Assembly: GCA_951406725.2 (NCBI GenBank)
Contig: OX597814.1
Coordinates: 216,752,001-216,816,000 of the forward strand
Reading direction: 5' to 3'
DNA: 64,000 bases
From: Octopus vulgaris
Lineage: Eukaryota
Shown in pieces: positions 1 to 11,863 of this stretch (positions are counted from its first letter, which is position 1; the number at the start of each line of letters is the position of its first letter). A model generated the notes under the pieces. It was not told the origin of the DNA, ran no database searches, and worked only from the letters and a program-made list of their open reading frames with translations. Made by a program: the position numbers and the translations under genes.

Positions 1-244
1 ACCTTAGCTTGATACCATGGAAACGGGTGCCAATACATTTGTGGATTTCGAGTGACTAAAGTACAATACAAAATTTGTAGATTTAAAAGCTGTTAAGTTT
101 TTATTTATTAAATTATGGGGAAAGTGATTTCCATTTCCATAATTAGCATACAACTCTACATCAATACATGAAATTTGAAATCAATCGGAAAAAAATTGAA
201 GGAATTGAAAAGTGAAAGCCAAACAGATGGACAAAATATAATAC

Positions 245-830
245 GTTGAGATCATTCTTGTATCTTGTCTATTTGTATTTTAATTGGTCCAGGTGTACCT
301 AGTATTTTCTGAGAGTTCAATCCAGAAAATCAATCAAGATATTTCTAAATCGTGATATGCTTTAGTCATTGATCATAGGATGTTATCAAACAGTCAGAAT
401 GAGATTCCATTTATGGGTCTTTACTCAATTACTCAATAGAATGTATAGTTCAGAAATATGGGAGTCTCTTCGTGTTCACATCTCTGGTACTACGGACATA
501 TGATCGGAATGTCGCAGGAACAAATTAAAGGACCGATTCTCAAAACAAAACCAATGGAGTAGAAGAACTAGGGGTAGACCAAAAACGAAATGTTTAGATC
601 ATATTCATAGTCTTAGTTGTTTACGCTAAGGAAACCAACCAAAACGTCTAACGATGGTTGCATCTGATGGGGCACTATAGAGGAGGCCTCTACCCCAAAA
701 CCCTCCCAGGAATATTGAGCAGTGGAAATGGACAGATAGATTAAATGGTTTGACTGTTGGTCGTCTATGTTGATTTTCTAGGTTCTCATATACTTTTGCC
801 CCCACAAACACTTCTCCTGCCATCTCTTTA
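245..830 (+). mobile_element. Degraded RTE-clade LINE 3' fragment, upstream (intronic) of Death-domain exon 1
   Basis: About 482-610 translates as LWYYGHMIGMSQEQIKGPILK...RRTRGRPKTKCLDHI, resembling the RTE C-terminal LRWFGHV.RM...RGRPK.RW motif. A paralogous copy is at ~25955-26580. Confidence 0.6.
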
Positions 831-1091
831 CCATATTCTCAGATGTAATTTACAATTAATTCTCTTTAAAATCTTCACAATTTTCATCCTATACTTCAAC
901 CTCTTTGTTATTATTTAATCAGCGTTCTTAGAAATAGAGAACGATGTCTTATATATTTTATGTTTCTTAACTACTACTCATTCCTCTATGGACATAATGC
1001 CTTTGTTGGGTTTATGACAAACTACAGTAAACATCTTTTATAATATTGTTAATGTTGTTGCAGTTATTTCTAACTGTTGTATGTTTTGCAG

Positions 1092-1294
1092 GAAGAGAAT
1101 TAGGAATTAAAACTGTTCGATTGGAAATCATCAAAAATGACAATCCCCTTGACACCGTTGAACAGAGCTTCCAGATGCTGTGGAGATGGTTTACACATTG
1201 TGATACAGAGACACGAACACACAGAACACTCAGAAAAGCTCTTGAGAAATGTAAGTGTTTCGATGCACTCGAATGTCTACCTCAGACGATGTAA
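1092..1294 (+). CDS. Terminal coding exon of a Death-domain-containing gene (copy 1)
   Basis: Acceptor ttttgcAG at 1090-1091, phase 1. Open frame (G)RELGIKTVRLEIIKNDNPLDTVEQSFQMLWRWFTHCDTETRTHRTLRKALEKCKCFDALECLPQTM* fits the Death-domain pattern LG....I..I.......EQ..QML..W......T...L..AL. Paralogue at 26840. Upstream exons are outside the window or not recognised. Confidence 0.8.
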
Positions 1295-2879
1295 AATTTT
1301 GTGTAAATGATGTAATTGTCTAATCCGAGGTCAATCGTGACCAAACCGAGACCTATAATCAAATGTCTTCTAGCCAGAGCCCTCCTGGCTTTATCCTTAA
1401 TGTAGAGAGCCCAGAATCACGTGTCCTATCTGTCCTTCTTTAAAGTGATAATTGTGAATTGGGGAGGATTTAGGTACTAATTCTAGCAGATCTATCTACC
1501 ACATAACATAAACTTACTGGTTTGGCTCCTTTCTTCTTAAAGATTAACTTCTGAAATAAAGATAAACTTTGAAATGTTCATTTATTGTTGTTGTTGTTGT
1601 TGTTGTATATCTAATCCCCTCCCTAAACAACCCCATGGCTATATAGACAGCTTTAATATCTTCTGCTATATTGATAGTTATCTACCTTCATTTTTAGTTT
1701 AGAATAGAATGCCTGGTATATATATAGATGTCTTTTTCCCTTTATATATCCTACAGAGATAGTATTTCTTTCTATATAATATATGATGTATCTAAGGATA
1801 TCTCACCTTGTCCTTTTGTGGTTTAAGACAGGACTCTCCAAAGTGGTTGAATAAAAATTCAGGGGGTTTTGAGTGCAATATACAATTTTTTTTTTTATAT
1901 TCTTACTTCAGGATCATCGTTATTTACTAATTACTGCAATTTTTCTCAGTAAAAAACAAAACTCACCGATTGTACATTATAAAAGCAAATCAGCAATTTA
2001 TGTATTTAATAATTGTTCTGAAAAATCCTGTCAGAATAAAATAATGGTGCAACATTGGTTATTATAATTCCATGTGATTTCAAATAACTCCTCTTAAATA
2101 AATTCAGCTAAAGGTAGAGTACAATTTTTCCCTACAATATTTACCTTCATACTACTCCACTGTTATTACAAGTTATTTTAATTTGAAATTAAATTTCAAT
2201 TTCTTACAGCAGAGACCAAGATTAAATAGGTAAAATACATGAGACCTTTATGTACATTATAAGATGTGACAGGAAGCTCTACCGAGCAGACTTTTGTGGA
2301 AGGGGAAAGGAAGACTCATAAGTATTATCCACGCCTTACTGGATTCTTTTCTGATTGAAGGGGACAAATATGGAAATTAAAAAAAAAAAGGTATTTGAAA
2401 TAGATAAAAAAAGGACTTCATTCAGAAAATTATTATTAAAAATGTTTCGTTTTAAAACAAAATTATTCTAAATACATTGAGAATTTATGCTTCTGATTTT
2501 TGCTTGAATAGCTGGGGTTGAAATATTCATACATTATATGTGAGTAAATAATACACAGCAAAATAGTAAAGTTGTTCAAAGCAGTAGGTTACTGTTTATA
2601 TAGACCAGCTGGAGCAAATTTAATTTAACATTTAATGTACAGCTAATAAACTGATTTATAAAAGTGTGAGTTTTTTATAAAGTGAGAAAACGTAAGACTT
2701 TTAGTGACTTTATAAAACTAAAAAGAGTAACTTCAAACTTTGATGACCCCCCCTAGACAAATTCCTTTACTGACTGAGATCTTTGTCTTGTTCTGGTCAA
2801 TGACTGTCAAAGAAATTTTCATATTTTAAAAGCATCAAAAGGAAAATATGTTGCCCAGAGAAGAGACGTTGGATTTGTC

Positions 2880-3100
2880 AAATTAAAAAAGCACAGAGAA
2901 TAATGATGATATACCATCACCAATTACGGTGAACTGGACATCTTCTTCAGATTAATGATCAGAGAATCCCTAAACAGATGCTATATGTTAAATTGTACTC
3001 TTCGTTTATACTTGTGGCACTTTCCATAAACAAGGATAAGAACTGCGTAAAGATCTCTTTGAAGGCACGAGAAATATGAGATGTTAATTGTGAAATCAAT
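2880..3100 (+). mobile_element. RTE/BovB-like LINE fossil
   Basis: About 2915-2995 translates as HQLR*TGHLLQINDQRIPKQMLY, resembling RTE QLRWxGHxxRMxDxRIPKQLLY. Confidence 0.55.
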
Positions 3101-3402
3101 AATTATCATCGCCATAAACTGAAAAAATATATAAGGAAAGGAGTAAGTATTTTTGGAAATACACGGATTTTTCATACTGATTTTAAGAATGCTGTAAGAA
3201 AAGAGAGCACAAGTGGATATTTGCAGCCGTGAATGTTTATCAAGAGCTGGACTTAGGCCCAGGACCAGCGAAATCACAAATGATGGGAGATAATTCTCAA
3301 CACCTAACAATGTAGGAGAAGGGAGGCTGGTATAAATGTATACGTATATATTTTATATATACATATGTGTGTGTGTGTGTGTGCGCGCGCACGTGTGTAA
3401 AG

Positions 3403-3640
3403 ATGGAACGTGGCTTAGTGGTTAGGTTGTCGTCCTCTCACTCAGCGGATCGTGGTTTTAGTCCCTAGACTGGGTGGTGCGTTGTATTCTTGCGCAAAAC
3501 ACTTCATCTCATGTTGCTCTGGGACCATTCCGACACCTGACACGTGATACACCGTCCACCCGTTCAGACAACGTCGATTTGATAGAGAGGGAGAACTAAT
3601 GTGCGGTAAGACGAACATTTGATCACTATAAATAAATTTA
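3403..3640 (+). mobile_element. tRNA-derived SINE, diverged
   Basis: A-box-like GTGGCTTAGTGGTTAG, decayed B box, CORE-like ttgtattcttgcgcaaaacacttc. The head is similar to the SINE at 27548. Confidence 0.65.
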
Positions 3641-3727
3641 TTTGTGCATTGGAATTAGGCACTAATTAGGAGACAGCGAGTCACTCAGGTATAATCCGCA
3701 CAGCTCGAAATCAGGTGAATAAAAAGC

Positions 3728-4289
3728 AAATAAGTAACAAGGGATGTCCAATTATTAGTGCATTACGGCCGTTTCAGGCAGCTCCATTTAATCGATCAAT
3801 GCGAACATTACATAAATTTACAATATACCGCCTTCCCTGGGTTCATAAGACCATACAGCTTTAAAGATACTGGATACACCATTATAAATTTTTTAACAAA
3901 TTTTTCATCAGAACTAGAGAATAAAAGAATTACATGCTTGTTGCTATTACTTTAGCAGAATGAACTTAGAGAGAAAATACTCCAACTATAATTTGGAGTG
4001 GCAGAAGAGAATAACAATGGAGGTCAGGGGATGGTAATATAGCTGCATTTATCTTTCTCCTTATCACAATCAATATACCTAATGCAGTTACTATTCTACA
4101 TACACTTACAATTTTGCTTAAAAAACTGTAATGGAGTATCCTGTCTGTTGAAAACTTATATTGCTTTATGCATCGAAGGAAGGCGGTGTATTTCAAATTG
4201 ATATAATGTATGCATTGGTCGATTAAATGTGGCTGCTTGAAACAGCCGTAGTGCACTAATCCCTGAACTTCATTGATACTTATTTTATT

Positions 4290-4290
<1 letters not shown>
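3728..4290. mobile_element. MITE-like element with ~170-bp diverged inverted repeats
   Basis: About 3728-3900 (ttagtgcattacggccgtttcaggcagctccatttaatcga...) is the reverse complement of ~4110-4290 (...tcgattaaatgtggctgcttgaaacagccgtagtgcactaat). An extra copy of the right end is at ~4380-4445. Confidence 0.7.
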
Positions 4291-4346
<56 letters not shown>

Positions 4347-4442
4347 TAGAGTAAGAGAGAGAGAGAGAGACTCACTGATACTAAATGGGGCTTCCTGAAA
4401 CAGCCGTAGTGCACTAATACCTGGACATCATTGTTACTTATT

Positions 4443-4494
<52 letters not shown>

Positions 4495-4771
4495 GAGCGT
4501 GAGAGAGAGACAAAGGGATTCAATGATACTGTTAACAGTAAGCTAAAATGTGACAAATATGTTTAAATCAAAAGATCAATAAATAATCGCTAAGTCAAAC
4601 AAACGAAGGAAAGAAAGAATGAATGAATGAGCTTAAGAAAGGAAGAAGAGAACTGAAAGAACAAAGAAAGAAAAGACAGCTTCAGAAAGAAGAAATCAAT
4701 ATACTGGGAAATTTATGAAGACATTGCTGGAAATTAAGATACGAATTAAATAGATCGATAGTTATTATAGA

Positions 4772-5166
4772 CTAGCAGTATCGCCCGGCATTGCTCGGGT
4801 TTGTAAGGGAAATAACTATATAAGCATTTTTAGAGATGTAAAGTATAATAGCCATCTCAATATGGCTAACCACAAAGGTGGGGTGTTACTGTAGCTTTTT
4901 ACGTTCTGAGATTTAATAATAAATTTTTAGAGAGTTACTTCCCTTATATATGCCAAAAATGCATTAAAAATGGGAAAAATTGATGGTAATTTTTTTTAAA
5001 ATTGTAGACTCATCGTAGACGCGCGCTAATACCCAGAAGGGCTCGATATGAATCACGACTATAAGATACCCGGTTTTGGTTAAACTGCACCGCAAAATGT
5101 GGGAGTAGTTAGGAATCTAAATCGTAGGAGACAGTCAGCACACAACCTCACTTTTATATGTAAAGA
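4772..5166 (-). mobile_element. Non-autonomous Helitron (family copy 1)
   Basis: On the minus strand it begins A|TCTTTACATATAAAAG and ends with hairpin CCCGAGCAATGCCGGG followed by ATACTGCTAG|T. Inserted between A and T. Homologous to 60337-60732. Confidence 0.85.
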
Positions 5167-5279
5167 TATCATCCTTTGATCGATATGACACCAATTGTGA
5201 AGAAAGTCGAATTGAAGTGATTATAGTATTCAGATCATATTTCTCGGAATTGTGACGTCATAATCTCTTTTGGAGTAAT

Positions 5280-5366
5280 TATGAGAGAGAGAGAAAGAGA
5301 GAGAGACAGAGAGACAGAGAAAGCGAGAGAGAAAGAGAGAGTGAAAGAGAAAGTGAGAGAGAAAGT

Positions 5367-5400
<34 letters not shown>

Positions 5401-5930
5401 AATCGATAGTAAATGATATGTGTATCGAAACGTAGGCAGAGGAGGAGTTAAAACAGAAAGTAGGAGAGGGGAAGGCTACTGTAACAGGTATTGTAGGGAG
5501 TGACCAACATGAAGGGAGAGAGAGAGAGGGGGAGAGATAGAAGGAGAGACAGAGGCAGAGACTGAGATAGTTAGAGGGGGAGAGTGCGCAGAAGAGAAAG
5601 AGAAGCCGAACGATAAATATATTTACTAATAGAGGAAGGGTATGAGGTAATAATGAAAGCTGGGTGCGAGAGTCATACTGAATTATATAGCAAGATGGAA
5701 GGAGAGAAAGAAAGTAAGGATAATTACTCTTATTAGAGCCCTTTTTAGTTTCAACTCCAACATCTTCCACATCACTGGTTTGTTTTTCGTTTGACATCTA
5801 ACAATTTCACATTTTTACACTTCTGCTTCTTAAACTAGAACTTCACAATCTAGAACCCGCAATCGTCACACAACCTCTATAGTCGAGAGACCAGCTACAA
5901 ATCACAGCCAAATCTCATATAAGAAATGAT
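5280..5930 (+). repeat. Copy of a locally dispersed ~1-kb GA-rich repeat unit
   Basis: GA-rich body followed by core ggataattactcttatt...cccttttt...cacatttttacacttc...atcacagccaaa, shared with 38620-38950, 50320-50450 and (reverse) 52050-52380. Confidence 0.65.
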
Positions 5931-6239
5931 AAAGTGTAAAACTTGTTTATAATTTTTCTATTTTCTGATTGGCATTTGGTCAGAAAACTCCAAAGATAAA
6001 TCTGCAAAGGCTTAATTAAGAAAATAGCCATTCAATGTAATGTGAGGATTAATGAGAATTTTTATCTAACAGAATATTTTTACATAAAGAAGAAAAGAAA
6101 GGAAATAATTAAAAATACAAAAGATGAGATTAATGAGAAGGAAAAAAGCAGATTTGAAACTAATTTCGATGCTTCTTTAAAATATTTACAATTTTCGAAA
6201 TATTTATGAAAACAAAATTGTGTTCGTATATTCTTTTAC

Positions 6240-6570
6240 ATATTGCATTCATTTGGCTCGGTCATACTGGGGCACCTCCTTAAATAGTTTCCTTAATCAG
6301 ATCAACGCTTATAAGTCTATTAGTTCCTTTTACGGAAGCGACGAGTTGCGACGGAGTAAACAAACTAACACCGGTCTTCACACGGTGATGCGAGACAACG
6401 TCAAACACGAACACAATCACACACACAACTACACAACGGGCTTCCATTCTTTCCAGAATTGGTCCATCCAAGGGTATAGTACTAAACACTGAAAAACACT
6501 TGCCTAATATACCATGCACTGGGATTGAACTAGAAACCACTTGGTTGCGAAGCAAATTTTTTAACTGCAA
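6240..6570 (-). mobile_element. tRNA-derived SINE with LINE-like 3' tail
   Basis: Reverse complement has B-box-like GTTCAATCCC, core ggcaagtgtttt, gaagcccgttgtgt, and tail ggtgccccagtatgacc matching the LINE end at ~21410. Confidence 0.7.
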
Positions 6571-6749
6571 AGTCACATCTTGCCTACAAAGTCTTTCCAT
6601 GCTTAGAATGAAACCGTCTCCAATTTATTTCCAGTTGCGAGAATTATGTGTAACTTTGAAAGTTGTAATGTTCGCTACGTTTAGAGAAATATTAAAGTTA
6701 TTTTGAGCTATTTCGAACCAGACACTCAACACCACCGCCATGTTTTTTC

Positions 6750-7125
6750 CCAAGTATAGAGAACCCAGAACCACCTTGTCTTTAAGAGGATAAATTTTGA
6801 ATGGAGTAGGATTCGGGTACTAATTATAGCAGATCTTTGTTTGGATCCCTTTTTGTTGGAGATTAACTTTGGAAATAACGATAAACTTTGAAATGTCATT
6901 TGTTGTTGCTGTTGTTGTAAGCCCCGACCTCTCCCTAAACACTTCCATTGTTACATAAACAGTTTTAAAACTCTGTGGAAGTTTCAAGAAAAAAAAATGA
7001 AATTCAGTTTTGTGAAACTTACTTAAAATGCATATTTTGCTGTCAAGTAGAACTTCTTAGTTTACTCGATTGTTAGTAAAATACGGTTTCTGTTTCTCTC
7101 AGCCAATAATTTACCATAAGGCTTC
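6750..7125 (+). repeat. Third copy of the Death-exon 3' flank, without a recognisable exon
   Basis: Colinear with 27130-27540 and 1395-1660 (agtatagagaacccagaa...tactaattatagcagatct...gataaactttgaaatg..gttgttg..ctccctaaac). Confidence 0.7.
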
Positions 7126-7129
7126 ATCC

Positions 7130-8640
7130 AAACTCTAGAAAGTGAAACTTACAGCTGGTCACGTGAGAAGAATTGTGTTGGAAGATATATTCCAATTTGT
7201 TTAAATGTCTGTCCCTGTGCCTTGTTGCATGTCAAGGCAAAGAGTGGTTCCACAGGAAAATGTTTGTATGGTAACTATGAATGGGAACTCAATTCATTGA
7301 GACCCATTTGGAATCCCTGAGATTGATCCTGCAAAAGAACCACAAGCAACCCCAGCATCAATAATAAGATCTTGGAAGCAGATAATAACGTAGCCTGTGT
7401 CATTGCAATGGTCTTGTTTAGCATCTAAATTCTTCAAAAGCCTAATGCAGCCTCTTGTCTTTAGTGTGAGGATATGTCCATGGAAACCCTGATGGTAGGA
7501 GTTTGTTGATGAATTTGATTAGGTACAGAGCTTCATTATCAACTGTATCTAAGAATTTGCATATCTTTACCTCACCAGGGATCCTGGTCAACATGAATTC
7601 ATTTACAAATTGTGATATTTCATTTGTTGGAGTAATAATGGGTCTGTTTGCAAGACACATGGGGTCTGTGAAATTATTTGCAAGACAACATCACATAAAC
7701 TTGACAGGCCAAAGTTGTAAAGCAGGTTGATTTTGGATGCACCTAGACTTTGTTCGACAGAAATATCACCATTTCCAGCATCAAAATGGTGATTAACAGA
7801 CTCTTTTTCATCAGAATGACCTTTTGTAAGGAGTCTTAGATTAGTTCCTATCTTCACTATTTCTACTCAATCCTCAAGAAAAGATCTGCATCAACAAATT
7901 ATAATCTTCCAAGATGACATAACTGCAAGAATTTGTTTTCTATCACCAGACAGTAATATAGTAAATTCACAAACAGGTTTGTTACAGTCTCACACATCAT
8001 GCAATCCCGTTTCAAGGCACTCACAGAGATGCTTAGGCACCATCCTGGTCCCATCGATAACTAAGAGACCAGATTGAGGCACATATTCTCTTGTGGCATC
8101 ACTCTTTGTGAGTCTTAATGTTGATTTTGTTGTCTCACTGAGAGAAATCCTAGACATAGAATGAAGAACTCTCCCTTTCAGAAGCAAAGTGGTTGCAATA
8201 GCAGACGTGGCAGTAGCGACTATCAAGTATGATGTTGATCACATAGGTTTTCCCTGTGCCACCATTTGCATTTAAGAACAGAAGTTTTCCTTCTTTTACT
8301 ATTTATGGACCTGATAGCTTTATCAAAATCTAGTCGTTGTTCAATGTCTAAAGTTGGTAGAAGTTTATTAATACATATTTTTGCCTTAAAAATGGTTTCT
8401 TCTCTAAGCCCAATTGGAATATTAGCTACTTCAACAATTCTTGTATCTGGTCAAGGAAGACCATTGTGGCTGTAGATATGGAAGCTGTCAACTTCAAGCT
8501 TCCTTTGGATATTTATAAGAAAAATCTTCACTTTCCGTTTAGAGACGATTTCTTCATTGTTCTGGTGCATATTTTCTTCAGCAACATAAATCTTCCAGAA
8601 AACAGGACGATCACCTGGCATGCATATTTCAGTTGGGACA
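7130..8640 (-). pseudogene. Fossil Helitron Rep/Hel, PIF1-family helicase region (frameshifted)
   Basis: Minus-strand pieces in order: Walker A FLNANGGTGKTYVIN (~8235-8280), VATATSAIATTLLLKGRVLHS, IITPTNE, FINKLLPSGFP/HILTLK..CIRLLKNLD..DHCNDT, FALTCNKAQGQTFKQIGIYLPTQFFSRDQL*VSLSRV. These match Helitron helicase motifs (FAMTINKSQGQT...VFSHGQLYVALSRV). The upstream boundary is approximate. Confidence 0.9.
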
Positions 8641-8689
8641 GAAAATCGATTTTATTTTATTTTGTAAGTGGTTTTATCGGGATTCGTGC

Positions 8690-9682
8690 TTTCAACACTT
8701 GGATACGTAAAACAAGACATTATCGAGATGGATGTCAGCCAAATGAAAATAAACAAACTCTCGCCTACAGCAGGAACAAACCGATCTCTTCTCTCCATAA
8801 ATACACGCGGACGTTCAACTATAAGAAACATGTATTCCAAAATTTTCTTTCTTTTAAAAATGGAAATTACATTTTAAATTAAACATACTTTTTTTTCCTA
8901 TTACCTAAATATATTCGCAAATTTTAGGATTTAGTTCACTTTTTTCCTATTCCATGGCATTCACTTCTTTCCTGTTCCATTCACATCACTTCCGGTCCGA
9001 TCCCTTTCCTCTCGTATTTGACTCTCACATTTTTGCAGCTTAAAATATGACGACAACCGGTGCACGGCTGCACTAAACTGTACTAGCCTTGCATATTCTT
9101 GCCCTCCCCTCTTTGTATTGCTTTTTGCTTCCTTTATTAACTCATACTCTTCCTCTATTGGTAAATATATTTATTATTCTCTCGCGCTCTCTCCCTCTTT
9201 TTATGTCTCTCTGTCTCTTCCTCGTCTCTTCCGTCTCTCACCTCATCATAAATTACCCAATGCTTCCCCACTCCCTTGCTTTCTGTCTTAACTCCCCTGC
9301 TCTCTTTCTTATTAAACACAAATAGCGTTTTCTTTCTCCCGCCCTCAAAACATATCCACCCACTTCTCCCTCTTTGTCTCCTTTCTCTCAGCACCTCATT
9401 ATATATTCATTTTTAACCACCCCGCCTGCCTTACTATATCGTTCACCTCATCCTCTCCCTCACTTCCTAAACGTATATATATATCAGTTCCCCTCTCTCT
9501 CTATCTCTCTCTCACGCACTCACTCACACACTCTCTCTGCTACCTCATATATTAATATATCCCTCCCCTTCCTTAGGTTTTCTCTCCTTTTTCTTTCCCT
9601 CTCAGCACCCCATACATTACTGTTTCCCTCCCCCTTCCCTAGATTTCCCTATCTCTCTTTTTCCTTTCTTTCTCTCTTCCTT

Positions 9683-9727
<45 letters not shown>

Positions 9728-9960
9728 CTCTCTCTCTCTTCCTCTGCCACCTAATACATTAATATATCCCTCCTCTTCCTTAGGTTTTCTTTCTCTCTCG
9801 TTCCTTTTCTTTCTTTTTTCTCTCCTCCCCCACCTCCTTATATCTTACCCTTTCCCTCTTCCTCTCTTTTTCTTTTCCAAATAAATCATATTTTCAGATT
9901 TACCTTAAAATTTCTCTCTCGCTAATTATTTACCAGAAGCTAATTATTTAACTAACGATT
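8690..9960 (-). repeat. Duplicated block: unique ~190 bp plus CT-rich copy of the dispersed unit
   Basis: 8690-8880 aligns to 51385-51565 (attatcgagatggatgtcagc; aactat.agaaacatgtattc). 9880-9960 is nearly identical to 53000-53080. Confidence 0.75.
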
Positions 9961-9979
9961 GCGGCGAGTTGGCAGAAAC

Positions 9980-10047
9980 TGATGTTCTATGTCCCCAATG
10001 TTTGTAGTGTCCCCTTTGTGTGGCCCCTCGTGGGTAATAAAGAAATA
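9980..10047 (+). mobile_element. 3' end remnant of a Tx1/L1-like element
   Basis: tgtccccaatgtttgtagtgtcccctttgtgtggcccctcgtgggtAATAAAgaaata abuts the 5' end of the next element, the same architecture as the junction at 15580-15595. Confidence 0.5.
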
Positions 10048-10315
10048 AACAGCGGACCGGTTTTTTTTTTATTTTTCCTCGGAGTACATCAAACATTTTT
10101 CTGTTGCTGCAAATCGTTGTGTGAGTTCGATTCCGTTTGTCTCCTTTGCTGTGTGTTACACGCATAATAATTTTTGAACTGTTTTTGACCCAGTAATTTT
10201 TGCTCTTCGGGGTAGAAAATTTCTGTGTGTTTTTTTTTTGTGTGAACTCTTAACCTGTATAGGTTATTTTTTTTAAATTCCCTTGTCATTTGTGACAAGT
10301 TTTTCGTTGTCTAAT

Positions 10316-11837
10316 ATGGAACTAGACTTAAATTCCAAAAAAGACTTTCCCGAGATGGGAGAAGGTACAACTGTCATCAAACAAAAGGAGACACAGGCAA
10401 AACCTAGTTTTTCAGACGCCGTAGGTGGCGAAGTGGAAGAAATGGAAGTATCTATGGAAAAACTCTTTAAGTTCAGAACGTATGTACAAAAAAGTGGTGA
10501 AGGAACACGATTGATACCGCCCTCTGAGACTATACAGGCAATACGTGAAAAGATGGTCACTTATAAGGTGTATAATATAAAAGAGAAACGAATGACCGAC
10601 GTGAAAAATGAAATGGTCGAGAAATGTATGGCACCAATATGGAGCAAAGTTCGTCATGTCAGCCGAGGTGCGAGAAGCGTCACAATAGAAGCGCACTTTG
10701 AGTCGGCTGACGACGCAAGGCAAATTTCAACGCAAACGTTAAAAAACGAGCATATTATACTACTACCCTTGTATTTGGGGTGTAGAACAGCAAAAGTGAC
10801 ACTGGGGGACATACCAAGGGGCTACGATGTGATGTGGGCAGCAACAGCGGTCATATTTGATGTAGAATCAAAATTAACAATTTTGAGCATGAGGAAAAAA
10901 ATAGCAAAACATTGGAAAGGCCAACAGCTGGAAATAATTATCCAAGCAGAAAATGCGACGCTGGAAAGCTTACCAGATAGAGTCCTCGTGGGGGAGGGGC
11001 ATACCATACGAGTTTCGGTAGAAGGACCCAGGCCCAGATGTTTTAAGTGCGGGCAAAAGGGCCATGTTCGCTCCGTATGTACAAAGACAAAAATAATACG
11101 GTCAGCGCCCCCCCCCCCTCAAAACGCTGTGAAAAACACAGAGAGCAACAAAGTGGGCAACACAGTAACAACTAACGAAAACAAGGAAAAAAAGGAAAAA
11201 CAAACCGAACTCGAAAAAGGGGAGGAAGAAAAGAACGGAAAAGAAAATGAGAAAGGAAAGGAGGAGGAAAATAATATAACAAAAATAAATGTGCAAGAAG
11301 AAGAAATGGAATTTACGAATGTGTCTAACAAAAGGAAAAAATCTAACACCCCTGACTCCCCATCCCTCACAAAAAAGAAAAATGCAGACGAACAACAATT
11401 TTAAAAAATTCTCCAATCCCATCCCGCTGGTACTACGTTTGTAGGACAGCATTTTAACAAACGCCACCCCCCCAACTTTAAAAGGGTTTAAACCCAATGA
11501 GAAATGTATAGCCTACACTACCAGAAATGAGAGAGTTGTAAAATTTGTGAAAGCAAGAGCGCAAATCAAATGCTACAAAACGACAGAGAAGGACGCGGAA
11601 TGGAGATATGCAAAAGTCGGCGAAGAGGAATGGAAGGAAAGACTCTTCCAAGAACATGTAAAGGCCGGTTACATCAAGGATGTCACCCAGGAGGTGATAG
11701 CTGGGAGAATGCACGTCAGCCCGGCAGCCATAACAACCCAGAGCCCGGTGGCAACGCCGGTGAAACACCCAGCAACAACGGCGAGTGTGGGGGAGGCAGG
11801 CAGAAATAACCTGTCAGGCTCCCTCTCGCAACCGTAA
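10316..11837 (+). pseudogene. Tx1 element A ORF1 (gag-like zinc-knuckle protein)
   Basis: CFKCGQKGHVRSVC (CX2CX4HX4C). Stop at 11402-11404 and a probable frameshift in the poly-C at ~11470, continuing into the 11547-11837 frame. Confidence 0.8.
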
Positions 11838-11863
11838 GTATATTATTTTCCTTTTTTTTTTCG

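Noticed and set aside
2210-2235. Possible 20-nt micro-exon (ttacAG...AG|gtaaaa)
   Set aside because: Splice-like signals only; no paralogue or coding support.
9059-9086. Hairpin GTGCA-cggc-TGCAC followed by CTAG as a Helitron 3' end
   Set aside because: Only a 5-bp stem, followed by C rather than T, and on the opposite strand from the neighbouring helicase fossil.
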